Shown: piece by piece, positions 9,237-18,286 of the stretch | Position numbering within the stretch: the stretch's first letter is position 1 | How the letters are laid out: every line of letters starts with the position of its first letter | The notes under the pieces: generated by a model | What the model was told of the DNA's origin: nothing | Seen by the model: the letters and a program-made list of their open reading frames with translations, nothing else | Database searches by the model: none | DNA from: an uncultured Bacteroidales bacterium | GTDB taxonomy: Bacteria > Bacteroidota > Bacteroidia > Bacteroidales > FEN-979 | Length of the DNA: 64,000 bases | Assembly (NCBI GenBank): GCA_903877385.1 | Contig: CAIRDP010000011.1 | Coordinates: 69,245-133,244 of the forward strand | Reading direction: 5' to 3' | Made by a program: the position numbers and the translations under genes

Positions 9237-9887
9237 ATGAAAAAGATCGTATTATTCATTCTTGCAAGCATTCTTGTTCTTAGTTATTCTTCTATGTCTC
9301 AACCCAAAACCTCCAAAAAAGTGGTAAAATTCGTAATTCATACAGATTACGGTGACATGAAGGGTTTTCTTTACAATGAAACCCCCCAGCACCGCGATAA
9401 TTTTGTCAAACTCGTAAAGCAGGGCTTTTACAACGGGACCTTGTTTCACAGGGTTATTCCCGGTTTCATGATCCAGGGCGGCGACCCTAATTCCAAGACG
9501 GCAAAACCCGGTCAGCAGCTTGGCAACGGTGATGCAGGTTATACGGTTCCGGCCGAATTCAACCCTGCACTTATCCATAAAAAAGGTGCACTTGCAGCTG
9601 CAAGGCAGGGCGATGAAGTTAACCCCAAGAAAGCCTCTTCGGGCTGCCAGTTCTATATTGTTGAAGGCAAGCCCTGTCCCGCTGCCTCTCTGCCTGCAAA
9701 GTATACCGATGCACAGAAAAAGACCTATGAAACCCTTGGCGGAGTTCCTTTCCTTGACGGAGGTTATACCGTTTACGGTGAAATTACCGAAGGCCTCGAT
9801 ATTATCGATAAAATCGCAAACGTTGAACGCGACAGGAGCGACAGGCCGAAGACCGACATCAAGATGACAGTGAAATTGATTGATTGA
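9237..9887 (+). CDS. peptidyl-prolyl cis-trans isomerase, cyclophilin type (secreted)
   Basis: FHRVIPGFMIQGGDP, followed by SSGCQFYIV and YTVYGEITEGLDIIDKI. N-terminal signal peptide. Confidence 0.9.
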   Translation: MKKIVLFILASILVLSYSSMSQPKTSKKVVKFVIHTDYGDMKGFLYNETPQHRDNFVKLVKQGFYNGTLFHRVIPGFMIQGGDPNSKTAKPGQQLGNGDAGYTVPAEFNPALIHKKGALAAARQGDEVNPKKASSGCQFYIVEGKPCPAASLPAKYTDAQKKTYETLGGVPFLDGGYTVYGEITEGLDIIDKIANVERDRSDRPKTDIKMTVKLID

Positions 9888-9914
9888 TTGATTGATTGAC
9901 TGATTGATTGATTG
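9875..9914. repeat. (ATTG)10 tetranucleotide microsatellite (6 perfect units, one ACTG, 3 perfect units)
   Basis: Read directly from the sequence. It spans the cyclophilin stop codon (9885-9887) and ends 4 nt before the pheS ATG (9919). TGA recurs every 4 nt, so there are stops in all three + frames. Confidence 0.95.
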
Positions 9915-9918
9915 AGAG

Positions 9919-10941
9919 ATGAAGGGCCGGATTGAAAACTTACTGAATGAGATAGGAGCTTTGACGGCACAGGTTCCTGACGAGGTGGAGCTGCTGCGTT
10001 TGAAATACCTCAGTAAAAAGGGACTGGTTTCAGTTTTGTTTGATGATTTCAGGAATATACCTGCCGAACAGAAGAAGGAGATCGGCCAGCTCCTGAACCA
10101 TCTGAAGAATGCCTCCCAGGAAAAGATTGAAAGCCTTAAGGCCGCCTTTGACGAAAAGGATGAAGTGCACGAGCAGGGCATGGACCTGAGCCGCCCGGTG
10201 GATCATATGAACCCCGGGACCCGTCATCCGCTGTCTATTGTAAGGAATGAGATAATCCGCATTTTCGGGCAGATCGGGTACACCGTTGCCGAAGGTCCTG
10301 AGATTGAAGACGACTGGCATAATTTCAGTGCACTGAATTTCCCTCCGGAACACCCGGCCAGGGACATGCAGGATACTTTTTTCATTGCAAAGGAACCCGA
10401 GATCCTGCTTCGTACCCATACCTCATCGGTTCAGATAAGGACCATGGAAACCGAAAAACCTCCGATAAGGAAGATATTTCCCGGCAGGGTTTTCAGGAAT
10501 GAAGCTATTTCGGCAAGGGCCCATTGCATCTTCCACCAGGTTGAAGGTCTTTACGTTGACAAAAATGTATCGTTCATGGACCTGAAGCAGACTTTGCTGT
10601 ACTTTGCCCGTGAAATGTTTGGCGAACAAACCAAAATCCGCCTAAGGCCTTCGTTCTTCCCTTTTACCGAACCTTCGGGGGAACTCGATGTTTCCTGCAA
10701 CATTTGCGGTGGAAAGGGCTGCAATATATGTAAATACACCGGTTGGGTCGAGATACTCGGCTGCGGCATGGTTGATCCTGCTGTGCTTGAAAATTGCGGG
10801 ATCGATAGTAAGATTTACACCGGTTTTGCCTTTGGAATGGGAATAGAACGTATCACGCTGCTGAAGTACCAGGTGAAAGACCTTCGTTTATTTTTCGAAA
10901 ATGACCTTCGCTTCCTTAGGCAGTTTACGGGTACCCTATGA
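9919..10941 (+). CDS. pheS: phenylalanine--tRNA ligase alpha subunit
   Basis: HPARDMQDTFF, LLRTHTSSVQIR, FRNEAISARAH and FAFGMGIERI are class II aaRS PheS motifs. Confidence 0.95.
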   Translation: MKGRIENLLNEIGALTAQVPDEVELLRLKYLSKKGLVSVLFDDFRNIPAEQKKEIGQLLNHLKNASQEKIESLKAAFDEKDEVHEQGMDLSRPVDHMNPGTRHPLSIVRNEIIRIFGQIGYTVAEGPEIEDDWHNFSALNFPPEHPARDMQDTFFIAKEPEILLRTHTSSVQIRTMETEKPPIRKIFPGRVFRNEAISARAHCIFHQVEGLYVDKNVSFMDLKQTLLYFAREMFGEQTKIRLRPSFFPFTEPSGELDVSCNICGGKGCNICKYTGWVEILGCGMVDPAVLENCGIDSKIYTGFAFGMGIERITLLKYQVKDLRLFFENDLRFLRQFTGTL

Positions 10942-11036
10942 ATGTCGAATATTGAACATTGAGTGCTGAATGTTGAAGTGATTGAATTTTTCGTTCATAA
11001 TTCAACATTCGTTGATCAATATTCGATATTCAAAAC
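10939..11036. repeat. 7-nt-periodic inverted array filling the pheS/ABC1-kinase convergent gap; folds as a long imperfect hairpin
   Basis: Left arm units: tgaatgt cgaatat tgaacat tgagtgc tgaatgt tgaagtg attgaat. Right arm units: tcataat tcaacat tcgttga tcaatat tcgatat tcaaaac. tcgaatattga (10945-10955) pairs with tcaatattcga (11016-11026). gaatgttgaa (10968-10977) pairs with ttcaacattc (11001-11010). Confidence 0.8.
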
Positions 11037-12679
11037 TTGTTTCTCCTGAGAAGTTTTATCAGAAGCCAGAAGCCAAAGATCCCGGCGAGGATGAAGACCG
11101 CGGTGCCTATCCAGCGCACCTGCTCCCATTGTGAAAGGATTGATGCCCCTATGATAAGGGCTGCGAGAACGATAGCTATGGCCAGCCTGTTGCCCACGGT
11201 ATCCATATGATCGATAAGGGGCTCGAAGCCCTTGAGTTCGATCTGGGTTTTGAAGCGGCCTTCTTTGATCTTGCTGATGATCTCGTTGAGATCGGCGGGG
11301 AGTTCTGTAACGAGTCGGTAATATTCCTTCAGCGATTCAAAGACCTCCCGGGCAATCACCCGTGGGTCGTACTGCCTCGAGATGAGCTCGGTTGCATAAG
11401 GTTTCATCTCATTGGCGAAATCAATTTCGGGGTTCAGCACAACCGCCACTCTTTCGATCGCCATCAGGGCTTTGGCAAGCAGGTAAATACCGGCCGGCAT
11501 TTTCAAACCATAGTGGACCAGGAGATCAACTGATTCGTTCATGATCTTCCCGAAATCCATCTCGTCAATGGAGAGGTATTTATAATGCGCAAGCAGATCA
11601 TTGATCTGATGTTCCAGTTCGGCCGACCTGGCAAAATGCCGTTTACCTGAAACCAGAAGAAGGGCCTCGGTCATTCCGTGTGCATCCCTTTCGAGGTATC
11701 CAAGAGTGTACTTCCCGAGAAAATCCAGGTGTTCTTCCCTCAAGGAGCCCATCATTCCGAAGTCAATAAAACTGATGACATTGCCCGGGAGCACAAAAAT
11801 ATTGCCGGGATGAGGGTCGGCATGGAAGAACCCATGCTTGAAAAGCTGGTCAAACATCAGCCTCACTGCATTTTTAGCAAGCTGATGGGTATCGAGGCCT
11901 GAAGCATTAAGGGCTGCCATATCCGAAACCTTGATCCCGCTTACAAATTCTTCAACCAGGATGCGCTGGCCTGTAAACTGGGTATAGATCTTAGGGATAA
12001 AAATATCAGGATCGTTTTCAAAATTATGCCTGAACCTGATCACGCTTGCCGCTTCATGCCTGAAGTCGAGCTCCTTCTTGATTGTGGTACCGAATTCCTT
12101 TACGATGCCTACTGTGTTGATGGCTTCCATCTCGGGATTATTTTTCTGCATCCGGTTTGCAAAATAATTCATGAGGTGGAGGTCAAGATTGATTTTCTTC
12201 TCTATCCCCGGCCTCTGGATCTTAACGCATACTTCTTCACCATTAAGCAAGGTGGCCCGGTAAGTCTGGGCCATGGAAGCAGATGCCAACCTTATACCAT
12301 CAAACTTGCTGAAGATTTCAGAAACGGAACAATTAAGGTTTTTCTCGATAAAGGCGATGGCAATATCATCGGGCATAGGGTCAGCCTCATCCTGGAGTTT
12401 TTTCAGTTCATTCCTGAGTTCTTCTTCGAGGACATCGGGCCGGTCGGCAAGTATCTGCCCAAATTTAATAAAGGTAGGACCAAGCTCCTCAACCGCCAGC
12501 CTGATCCTTTCATACTGATTGAACTGCTCAATCCGGGCCAGGCGTTTCCTGGTCACCAGGTACTTCCCCAGGCCATTTTTACTGATCCAGTCCTGGAACC
12601 CATATTTGATCAGAACACCCAGTATTTCCCTGGCTCTTCCAATTTCATGCATGGCCAGGCCGATTTGAGAGATACGCAT
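11030..12679 (-). CDS. ABC1/UbiB/AarF atypical kinase family protein
   Basis: 549 aa. FIKFGQILADRPD, ASMAQTYRA and FFHADPHPGNIFV are present, plus C-terminal TM helices. Confidence 0.85.
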   Translation of the reverse strand: MRISQIGLAMHEIGRAREILGVLIKYGFQDWISKNGLGKYLVTRKRLARIEQFNQYERIRLAVEELGPTFIKFGQILADRPDVLEEELRNELKKLQDEADPMPDDIAIAFIEKNLNCSVSEIFSKFDGIRLASASMAQTYRATLLNGEEVCVKIQRPGIEKKINLDLHLMNYFANRMQKNNPEMEAINTVGIVKEFGTTIKKELDFRHEAASVIRFRHNFENDPDIFIPKIYTQFTGQRILVEEFVSGIKVSDMAALNASGLDTHQLAKNAVRLMFDQLFKHGFFHADPHPGNIFVLPGNVISFIDFGMMGSLREEHLDFLGKYTLGYLERDAHGMTEALLLVSGKRHFARSAELEHQINDLLAHYKYLSIDEMDFGKIMNESVDLLVHYGLKMPAGIYLLAKALMAIERVAVVLNPEIDFANEMKPYATELISRQYDPRVIAREVFESLKEYYRLVTELPADLNEIISKIKEGRFKTQIELKGFEPLIDHMDTVGNRLAIAIVLAALIIGASILSQWEQVRWIGTAVFILAGIFGFWLLIKLLRRNKF

Positions 12680-12701
12680 AGCGATAGTGATTTGACTATA
12701 A

Positions 12702-12769
12702 CAGGATGCGGGATGCAGGATTGAAGATTGATGGATTTTTAATCCATTATCTCACATCTTGCATCTGCT
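12702..12769. repeat. 7-nt-periodic hairpin element (GGATG-type units)
   Basis: The sequence reads caggatg cgggatg caggatt gaagatt gatggat - tttta - atccatt atctcac atcttgc atctgct. The central ATGGAT/ATCCAT stem is perfect and the outer arms pair imperfectly. It lies between the phasin-like stop and the ABC1-kinase start. Confidence 0.75.
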
Positions 12770-12773
12770 CAAC

Positions 12774-13109
12774 TCATACTTTTTTAATAATTTTCGGTTT
12801 AGCCTTTGCGGTCGGTGCTTTCTTCGTTCCTTCCAGCTTCTTGATCCGGTCTTCCAGCTTTTGAATTTCTTCCTTGGTGGGAATATTCATTTTCTTCATG
12901 GTGGTTTTAACCAAATCCTGGAAATTGTCTTCGAGCGTTTTCCTGGTTTCTTCGGATTTTTTGACCAGAAGATCAAGCAATTTTTTAGCCTCCTCTTTTG
13001 TCAGGTTATTTTCCTTTGCCATTTCTTTGGCTGCTTTCGCAAGTTTGTCGGTGGTCATAAAGGCATAATCGAGGCCTTTGTCGATCGATTTTTTTAATTC
13101 TTCAAACAT
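12774..13109 (-). CDS. phasin-like coiled-coil protein (COG3937-like)
   Basis: 111 aa, Lys/Glu-rich and helical. The sequence runs MFEELKKSIDKGLDY...PTKEEIQKLEDRIKKLE. Similar small genes commonly sit upstream of ABC1 kinases. Confidence 0.5.
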   Translation of the reverse strand: MFEELKKSIDKGLDYAFMTTDKLAKAAKEMAKENNLTKEEAKKLLDLLVKKSEETRKTLEDNFQDLVKTTMKKMNIPTKEEIQKLEDRIKKLEGTKKAPTAKAKPKIIKKV

Positions 13110-13584
13110 AGATACCTCCGTATTTTTTGGTAGATGCTGATTTTGGCTGACTTTCTTTTTTAATCTTCATAAGATGAAGTTCAAGGTCGGCAAGAAAACC
13201 CGAAAAGTTTTTCAGGCTGCTTACCTGGATCTCAAACGTTGTTAAAACATTCGGTATTGTCCTGATGGTTTTAAGCAGGCGGTCAAGCTGGGCCTTTTTA
13301 AACGGGCCTTCCACAAGCAGGACGAAATCGGTTTGCTTGAGTTCCTGAAAAAGGATTTTATCCTCGCTGCGGTTGCTCACAAGGTAATAAGAATTCCGGC
13401 ATTCCTCATCCAGGTAAAAATACAGGCTGTAATTCCCGCCGAAATCATCCAGTTTTTTGAATGAAGCCGGGAGTTTTTGGTTAAGCAGATAAGAGAGGCG
13501 GTAGTCTTTCAGGTGGCAGGAAACCCCTGCGAGGGTATAGGATAAAGCTTCAGTGCGTGATTCGAGTACTGTTTTTTTTGCCAT
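13102..13584 (-). CDS. hypothetical protein (possibly IPExxxVDY-family-like)
   Basis: 160-aa ORF overlapping the next gene by 8 nt. The segment LFQELKQTDFVLLVEG loosely resembles the IPExxxVDY signature. Weak call. Confidence 0.35.
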   Translation of the reverse strand: MAKKTVLESRTEALSYTLAGVSCHLKDYRLSYLLNQKLPASFKKLDDFGGNYSLYFYLDEECRNSYYLVSNRSEDKILFQELKQTDFVLLVEGPFKKAQLDRLLKTIRTIPNVLTTFEIQVSSLKNFSGFLADLELHLMKIKKESQPKSASTKKYGGIYV

Positions 13585-13621
13585 GACCGGCCGGATTGAT
13601 CATAACAAATATAACCAAATA

Positions 13622-14365
13622 TCAGGCTTTTTCCAAGGATTCAGTGTTTATTTTTTGCCAGGCTTTTTCTGAAGCATTCTGCTCGGCCCCTTTGATTGAA
13701 AAATCCTGCCCCCTTGCCAATGGCTGTCCTTCAATAAACAGTTCCACGAGATATTGTTTCTTATATCCGCTGCCAATTTCCCCGATCACATTAAAGCTGA
13801 GCTGTTTCTTTTCTTTCTGCGCCCATTCTATAACCTTGCTTTTGAAGTTCACATCATGGTTCACCAGTTCATCCATATCAATATAATGGCCAATAATCCT
13901 TTTAAGGATGATCTTGCGGGTGAAAATGAAACCTTTATCGAGATAGATAGCTCCTATAAGGGCTTCAAAAGCGTCGCCCTTAAAAGACCTGAATACACCT
14001 GAGGAGGAGTTTTCAAGTTGTATGAGGTTATCAATCCCCATCTTTTGAGATAATTTGTTCAGCTGGGCACGGCTTACCAGTTTAGACCTCATTTCGGTAA
14101 GGAAGCCTTCGTCTTTTGCCGGAAAAGTTTTGAAAAGGAAGTCGGCAACAACGGCATCGAGGATCGCATCGCCCAGGAATTCAAGCCTTTCGTTATTTAT
14201 CCTAAGGTTTTTAATAGTTTCCTGGCTGGCCGACTTATGGGTGAATGCAAGACGGTATAAAAAGATATTCCCGGGACGGAAGCCGAAAATATTCTTTATA
14301 GCATGCCTGAGATGTTTATCGGAATGGTTGTCGAAGCGGACCGCTTTTAATGTCCCTAACCTCAA
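13622..14365 (-). CDS. rnc: ribonuclease III
   Basis: The NERLEFLGDAILDAVVADFLF signature, with a dsRBD at the C-terminus. TTG start 10 nt after the fabF stop. Confidence 0.9.
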   Translation of the reverse strand: MRLGTLKAVRFDNHSDKHLRHAIKNIFGFRPGNIFLYRLAFTHKSASQETIKNLRINNERLEFLGDAILDAVVADFLFKTFPAKDEGFLTEMRSKLVSRAQLNKLSQKMGIDNLIQLENSSSGVFRSFKGDAFEALIGAIYLDKGFIFTRKIILKRIIGHYIDMDELVNHDVNFKSKVIEWAQKEKKQLSFNVIGEIGSGYKKQYLVELFIEGQPLARGQDFSIKGAEQNASEKAWQKINTESLEKA

Positions 14366-14375
14366 GGCGGACTCC

Positions 14376-15617
14376 TTAATATTTTTTAATGATCAAAGTG
14401 GCATTATGTCCGCCAAATCCAAAGGTATTGCTGAGTGCCGTATTCACAGGCCTTTTCTGGGCTTTGTTAAAAGTGAAATTCAGCCTGGGATCCAGGTCAG
14501 GGTCATCGGTGAAATGGTTGATAGTGGGAGGAACAATATTGTTCCTCACGGCCATAACCGATGCGATAGCTTCGATAGCGCCTGCAGCCCCGAGAAGGTG
14601 CCCGGTCATCGATTTAGTTGAATTGATGTTGATCTTATATGCCTGTTCGCCAAAAAGGCTCAGGATGGCTTTCGGTTCGGCAATATCGCCAACCGGGGTT
14701 GAAGTGCCGTGGGTATTGATATGATCAATATCTTCAAGCTTCATCCCGGCATCTTTGAGCGCATTCCTCATTGCAAGCATGGCTCCGAGTCCTTCGGGAT
14801 GGGGAGCCGTCATATGATGGGCATCGGCCGAAACCCCTCCACCTGCAATTTCAGCATAAATAGTTGCCCCACGGGCCTTGGCATGTTCCAGTTCTTCAAG
14901 TATAAGCCCGCCTGCACCTTCGCCCATCACGAAACCGTCACGGTCCTTATCGAAAGGCCTTGAAGCAGTGGAAGGATCGTCGTTGCGTGTGGAAAGTGCG
15001 TGCATCGCATTAAAACCGCCTATACCAACCGGGGTGATTGCAGCTTCGGAACCTCCGGCTACGAAAACATCGGCCATGTCATTCCTGATATAAAGCATTG
15101 CGTCAACCAGTGCATTGGCCGAAGATGCACAGGCCGAAACGATCGCAAAATTCGGGCCCCGAAAACCATACTTGATCGAAATATGGCCTGCCGCTATATC
15201 GGCGATCATCTTCGGGATGAAAAAAGGATTAAAGCGGGGAGTCCCGTCCCCTTTGACGAAGGCCGAAACTTCCTGGTAAAAGGTATCAAGGCCTCCGATA
15301 CCTGAAGACCAGATAACCCCTATCCTGTCTTTGTTGACCTTCTCAAGGTCCATCCCGGAATCAGCAATGGCCTGGTCGGCACAGATCATTCCAAAATGGG
15401 CATAGAGATCGTACTTGCGCACTTCTTTGCGGTCAAAATAATCCTCCGGGTTGAAATTCTTTACCTCGCAGGCAAAGCGGGTCTTGAATTTTGAGGCTTC
15501 AAAGCGGGTAATCGGGCCGGCGCCACTTACTCCTTTAACCAGATTATTCCAATACTCCTCGACAGTATTACCAAGGGGTGTAATCGCACCAAGGCCAGTT
15601 ATGACAACTCGTCTCAA
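14376..15617 (-). CDS. fabF: beta-ketoacyl-ACP synthase II
   Basis: RRVVITGLG, the active-site ACASS motif, HGTSTPVGD and GFGGHNATL. TTG start. Confidence 0.95.
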   Translation of the reverse strand: MRRVVITGLGAITPLGNTVEEYWNNLVKGVSGAGPITRFEASKFKTRFACEVKNFNPEDYFDRKEVRKYDLYAHFGMICADQAIADSGMDLEKVNKDRIGVIWSSGIGGLDTFYQEVSAFVKGDGTPRFNPFFIPKMIADIAAGHISIKYGFRGPNFAIVSACASSANALVDAMLYIRNDMADVFVAGGSEAAITPVGIGGFNAMHALSTRNDDPSTASRPFDKDRDGFVMGEGAGGLILEELEHAKARGATIYAEIAGGGVSADAHHMTAPHPEGLGAMLAMRNALKDAGMKLEDIDHINTHGTSTPVGDIAEPKAILSLFGEQAYKININSTKSMTGHLLGAAGAIEAIASVMAVRNNIVPPTINHFTDDPDLDPRLNFTFNKAQKRPVNTALSNTFGFGGHNATLIIKKY

Positions 15618-15660
15618 AGTCTTTTACTTAATGGTTAACATTATATTCGTTAAAGGAGAA

Positions 15661-15676
15661 CCCCCTGTCAAGGGGG
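15661..15676 (-). terminator. intercistronic GC hairpin between acpP and fabF (possible partial terminator or processing site)
   Basis: CCCCCT-gtca-AGGGGG is a perfect 6-bp stem. On the minus strand it is followed by the moderately U-rich TTCTCCTTTAACG. Confidence 0.4.
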
Positions 15677-15708
15677 CAAAATTTCCATAAAAGAAAGGGT
15701 AGAAATCC

Positions 15709-15945
15709 TTACTTTGTGTTGTTTTCGATATAGGCAATCGCTTCGCCAACTGTACTGATCTTTTCAGCCTGATCGTCAGGAATAGCAATATCGAATTCCT
15801 TTTCAAATTCCATGATGAGCTCAACAGTGTCCAGGGAGTCAGCACCCAGGTCATTTGTGAAACTTGCTTCAGGTGTAACTTCGCTTTCATCAACACCAAG
15901 CTTATCAACAATGATAGCTTTTACTTTTGCTGCAATATCAGACAT
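15709..15945 (-). CDS. acpP: acyl carrier protein
   Basis: 78 aa with the [17 protein letters not shown] phosphopantetheine attachment motif. Confidence 0.95.
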   Translation of the reverse strand: MSDIAAKVKAIIVDKLGVDESEVTPEASFTNDLGADSLDTVELIMEFEKEFDIAIPDDQAEKISTVGEAIAYIENNTK

Positions 15946-16176
15946 GTTTTTTAATTTTTTTTTGGTTAAAAGGAGTGCAAAGGAAATAATTTTCGGATAC
16001 CCACGAAAGAATTTTAAGATTTTTTAACATTTCTAAAAATCAAATGCCTGATTACCAGCACCATTTGGATAATGTTAGGTTTTGTTAAAATTTAGGTTTC
16101 AGCAACTTATAAATTTAAGGTTAGGGAAGAGCATGGATCGCCCTGTTTTGTACTTTTGTCACCGAAACTGTTAATC

Positions 16177-16746
16177 ATGACAAATATAGCAATTCTGGCT
16201 TCAGGGAGCGGGACAAATGCGCAAAGGGTTTCGGAATATTTCGCCTATCATCCCTCAATCCGGGTCAAGCTGATCCTAAGCAATAAGCCAGACGCCTATG
16301 TTCTGAACAGGGCCCGGCAGCTCGGAATACCCAGCCAGGTCTTCAGCAGGAAAACGTTTTATGATACCCATGAGATTCCCGATCTTTTGAAGAAAAACGA
16401 CATCTCATTCATAGTCCTTGCGGGCTTCCTCTGGCTTCTTCCCGAAAACCTGCTGAATGCCTATCCCGGCAGGATTGTCAATATACATCCCGCCCTGCTT
16501 CCAAAATATGGAGGCAAAGGCATGTATGGCGCGAGGGTTCATGAAGCGGTGATAAGGTCAGGTGAACGGGAATCGGGCATCAGCATACACTATGTAAACG
16601 AAAAGTATGATGCGGGGGATGTCATTTTCAGGGCATCATGCCCTGTAATGCCGGATGATACGGTTGACCGCCTGGCTGCCAGGATACATGAACTGGAATA
16701 TAAACACTATCCTGTGGTGATTGAAGAAGTCCTGAAGGGGAGTTAA
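16177..16746 (+). CDS. purN: phosphoribosylglycinamide formyltransferase
   Basis: IAILASGSGTNAQ, VLAGFLWLLP and NIHPALLPKYGG. I took the start at ATG 16177 rather than the upstream alternative start at 16156. Confidence 0.9.
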   Translation: MTNIAILASGSGTNAQRVSEYFAYHPSIRVKLILSNKPDAYVLNRARQLGIPSQVFSRKTFYDTHEIPDLLKKNDISFIVLAGFLWLLPENLLNAYPGRIVNIHPALLPKYGGKGMYGARVHEAVIRSGERESGISIHYVNEKYDAGDVIFRASCPVMPDDTVDRLAARIHELEYKHYPVVIEEVLKGS

Positions 16747-16789
16747 AGGTAAAGCTTACCCATTATCATTAAAGATTATTCCTTCCCTG

Positions 16790-18133
16790 TTAAAGGCGTT
16801 TGCGGATTTCTTCAGATTCTTTTTCAAAACCTGGTTTATCAAGCAGGGCAAACATGTTTTTCTTGTAAGCCTCCACCCCCGGCTGGTCAAAAGGATTCAC
16901 ACCCAGCGCATACCCGCTGATAGCGCAGGCAAATTCAAAGAAATAGATAAGTTGCCCCAGCCAGTACTCGTCGATGGCCGGCAGGGAAATTTTAATGTTA
17001 GGCACCTGTCCGTCTACATGGGCTATGCGCGTACCAAGCCCTGCCATGAGATTCACTTCCGAAAGCCGCTTCCCGGCGATAAAATTCAAACCGTCGAGGT
17101 TTTCGTCATCCCCGGGAATGACGAGGCTGTGCCTTGGTTTTTCGACCATTATCACAGTTTCGAAAATGACCCTCAGGCCTTCCTGCATATACTGTCCCAT
17201 GGAGTGAAGGTCGGTAGTAAATGTCACACCTGCCGGGAATATCCCTTTTTGTTCCTTGCCTTCACTTTCACCGTAAAGCTGTTTCCACCATTCAATGAAA
17301 TACTGCAGTGATGGCTCATAGGTTGCAAGCACCTCTATAATCTTATTATTGCGGTAAAGGATATTCCTTATCCCGGCATACATGGCCGCAGGGTTTTTCT
17401 CACAGTCGCCCGTGCTGATGGCAATTTCCCTCATATCCGCCGCACCGGCTATCAGCCTGTCCACATCAAACCCAGCTGCCGCGATGGGAAGAAGCCCAAC
17501 GGGAGTAAGAACTGAATAACGCCCTCCCACATCATCAGGGATTATATAGGAAGAATATCCCTCGGTACCGGCCAGCATTTTAAGGGCTCCGCGGCTTGCG
17601 TCGGTAATCGCAAAAATTCGTTTGCAGGCTTCCTTCCTCCCGTATTTTTTCTCTATATGTGCCCTCACCAGGCGGAAAGCCACTGCGGGTTCTGTTGTAG
17701 TGCCAGATTTGGATATCACGGCCACGGCATAGTCTTTTTTATCAAGCAGGTCCATAAGCGCCGAGTGGTAATCCTCGCTAAGGTTCTCTCCTGCGTAGAC
17801 TATCTGCGGATGTCCTTTCTCGTTAGCCAGGGCTGCAAAAGGATTGTTCAGGGCATCGATTACAGCCCTGGCGCCAAGGTATGAACCTCCAATGCCGATG
17901 ACAACCAATATCTCTGCGCACTGAGCTATCTTTAATGCATCCTCTTTCAGCCTCAGAAGCATGGCTTTGTCAATATTCACTGGCAAGTCGATCCAGCCCA
18001 GGAAATCATTCCCTTTTCCTGATCTTTCCATGAGGCTTTTGTGGCAATTGTGGATTTCTTCCTGGAACCTGCCAAGGCACTTATCGCCGATAAAAGGTTC
18101 AACCTTGCTTATGTCAACTGTGATCCTGTTCAT
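16790..18133 (-). CDS. pgi: glucose-6-phosphate isomerase
   Basis: 447 aa. IGIGGSYLGARA, ISKSGTTTEP, GGRYSVL and NPFDQPGVE. Confidence 0.9.
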   Translation of the reverse strand: MNRITVDISKVEPFIGDKCLGRFQEEIHNCHKSLMERSGKGNDFLGWIDLPVNIDKAMLLRLKEDALKIAQCAEILVVIGIGGSYLGARAVIDALNNPFAALANEKGHPQIVYAGENLSEDYHSALMDLLDKKDYAVAVISKSGTTTEPAVAFRLVRAHIEKKYGRKEACKRIFAITDASRGALKMLAGTEGYSSYIIPDDVGGRYSVLTPVGLLPIAAAGFDVDRLIAGAADMREIAISTGDCEKNPAAMYAGIRNILYRNNKIIEVLATYEPSLQYFIEWWKQLYGESEGKEQKGIFPAGVTFTTDLHSMGQYMQEGLRVIFETVIMVEKPRHSLVIPGDDENLDGLNFIAGKRLSEVNLMAGLGTRIAHVDGQVPNIKISLPAIDEYWLGQLIYFFEFACAISGYALGVNPFDQPGVEAYKKNMFALLDKPGFEKESEEIRKRL

Positions 18134-18164
18134 AAAACCTGAGATTTATAGTCTGTACGAAATT

Positions 18165-18195
18165 AAAAAAAAATCCCGGAGCCGGTCCGGGATTT
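18165..18195 (-). terminator. intrinsic terminator on the minus strand, 32 nt upstream of the pgi start codon
   Basis: The minus strand reads AAATCCCGG-accggct-CCGGGATTT followed by TTTTTTTTT. That is a perfect 9-bp stem, a 7-nt loop and a U9 tract. No minus-strand ORF ends upstream of it. Confidence 0.8.
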
Positions 18196-18286
18196 AATCA
18201 CTAAACAAAACGTTGTCTCACTTAACTTGCACACATTACTGCCGCATCAAAGCTATCTTGATTCTTATCTGCCAGTAATCAGGATA

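Noticed and set aside
9252-10181. 309-aa minus-strand ORF containing SINQSINQSINQ
   Set aside because: It is antisense to the well-supported cyclophilin and pheS genes. The SINQ repeat is just the reverse translation of the (ATTG)n tract.
12026-12724. 232-aa + strand ORF
   Set aside because: It is antisense to the ABC1 kinase gene and has no motifs. The same reasoning applies to the 490-1032, 37449-38090, 37907-38587 and 39353-39991 ORFs, which lie opposite the symporter and RND pump genes.
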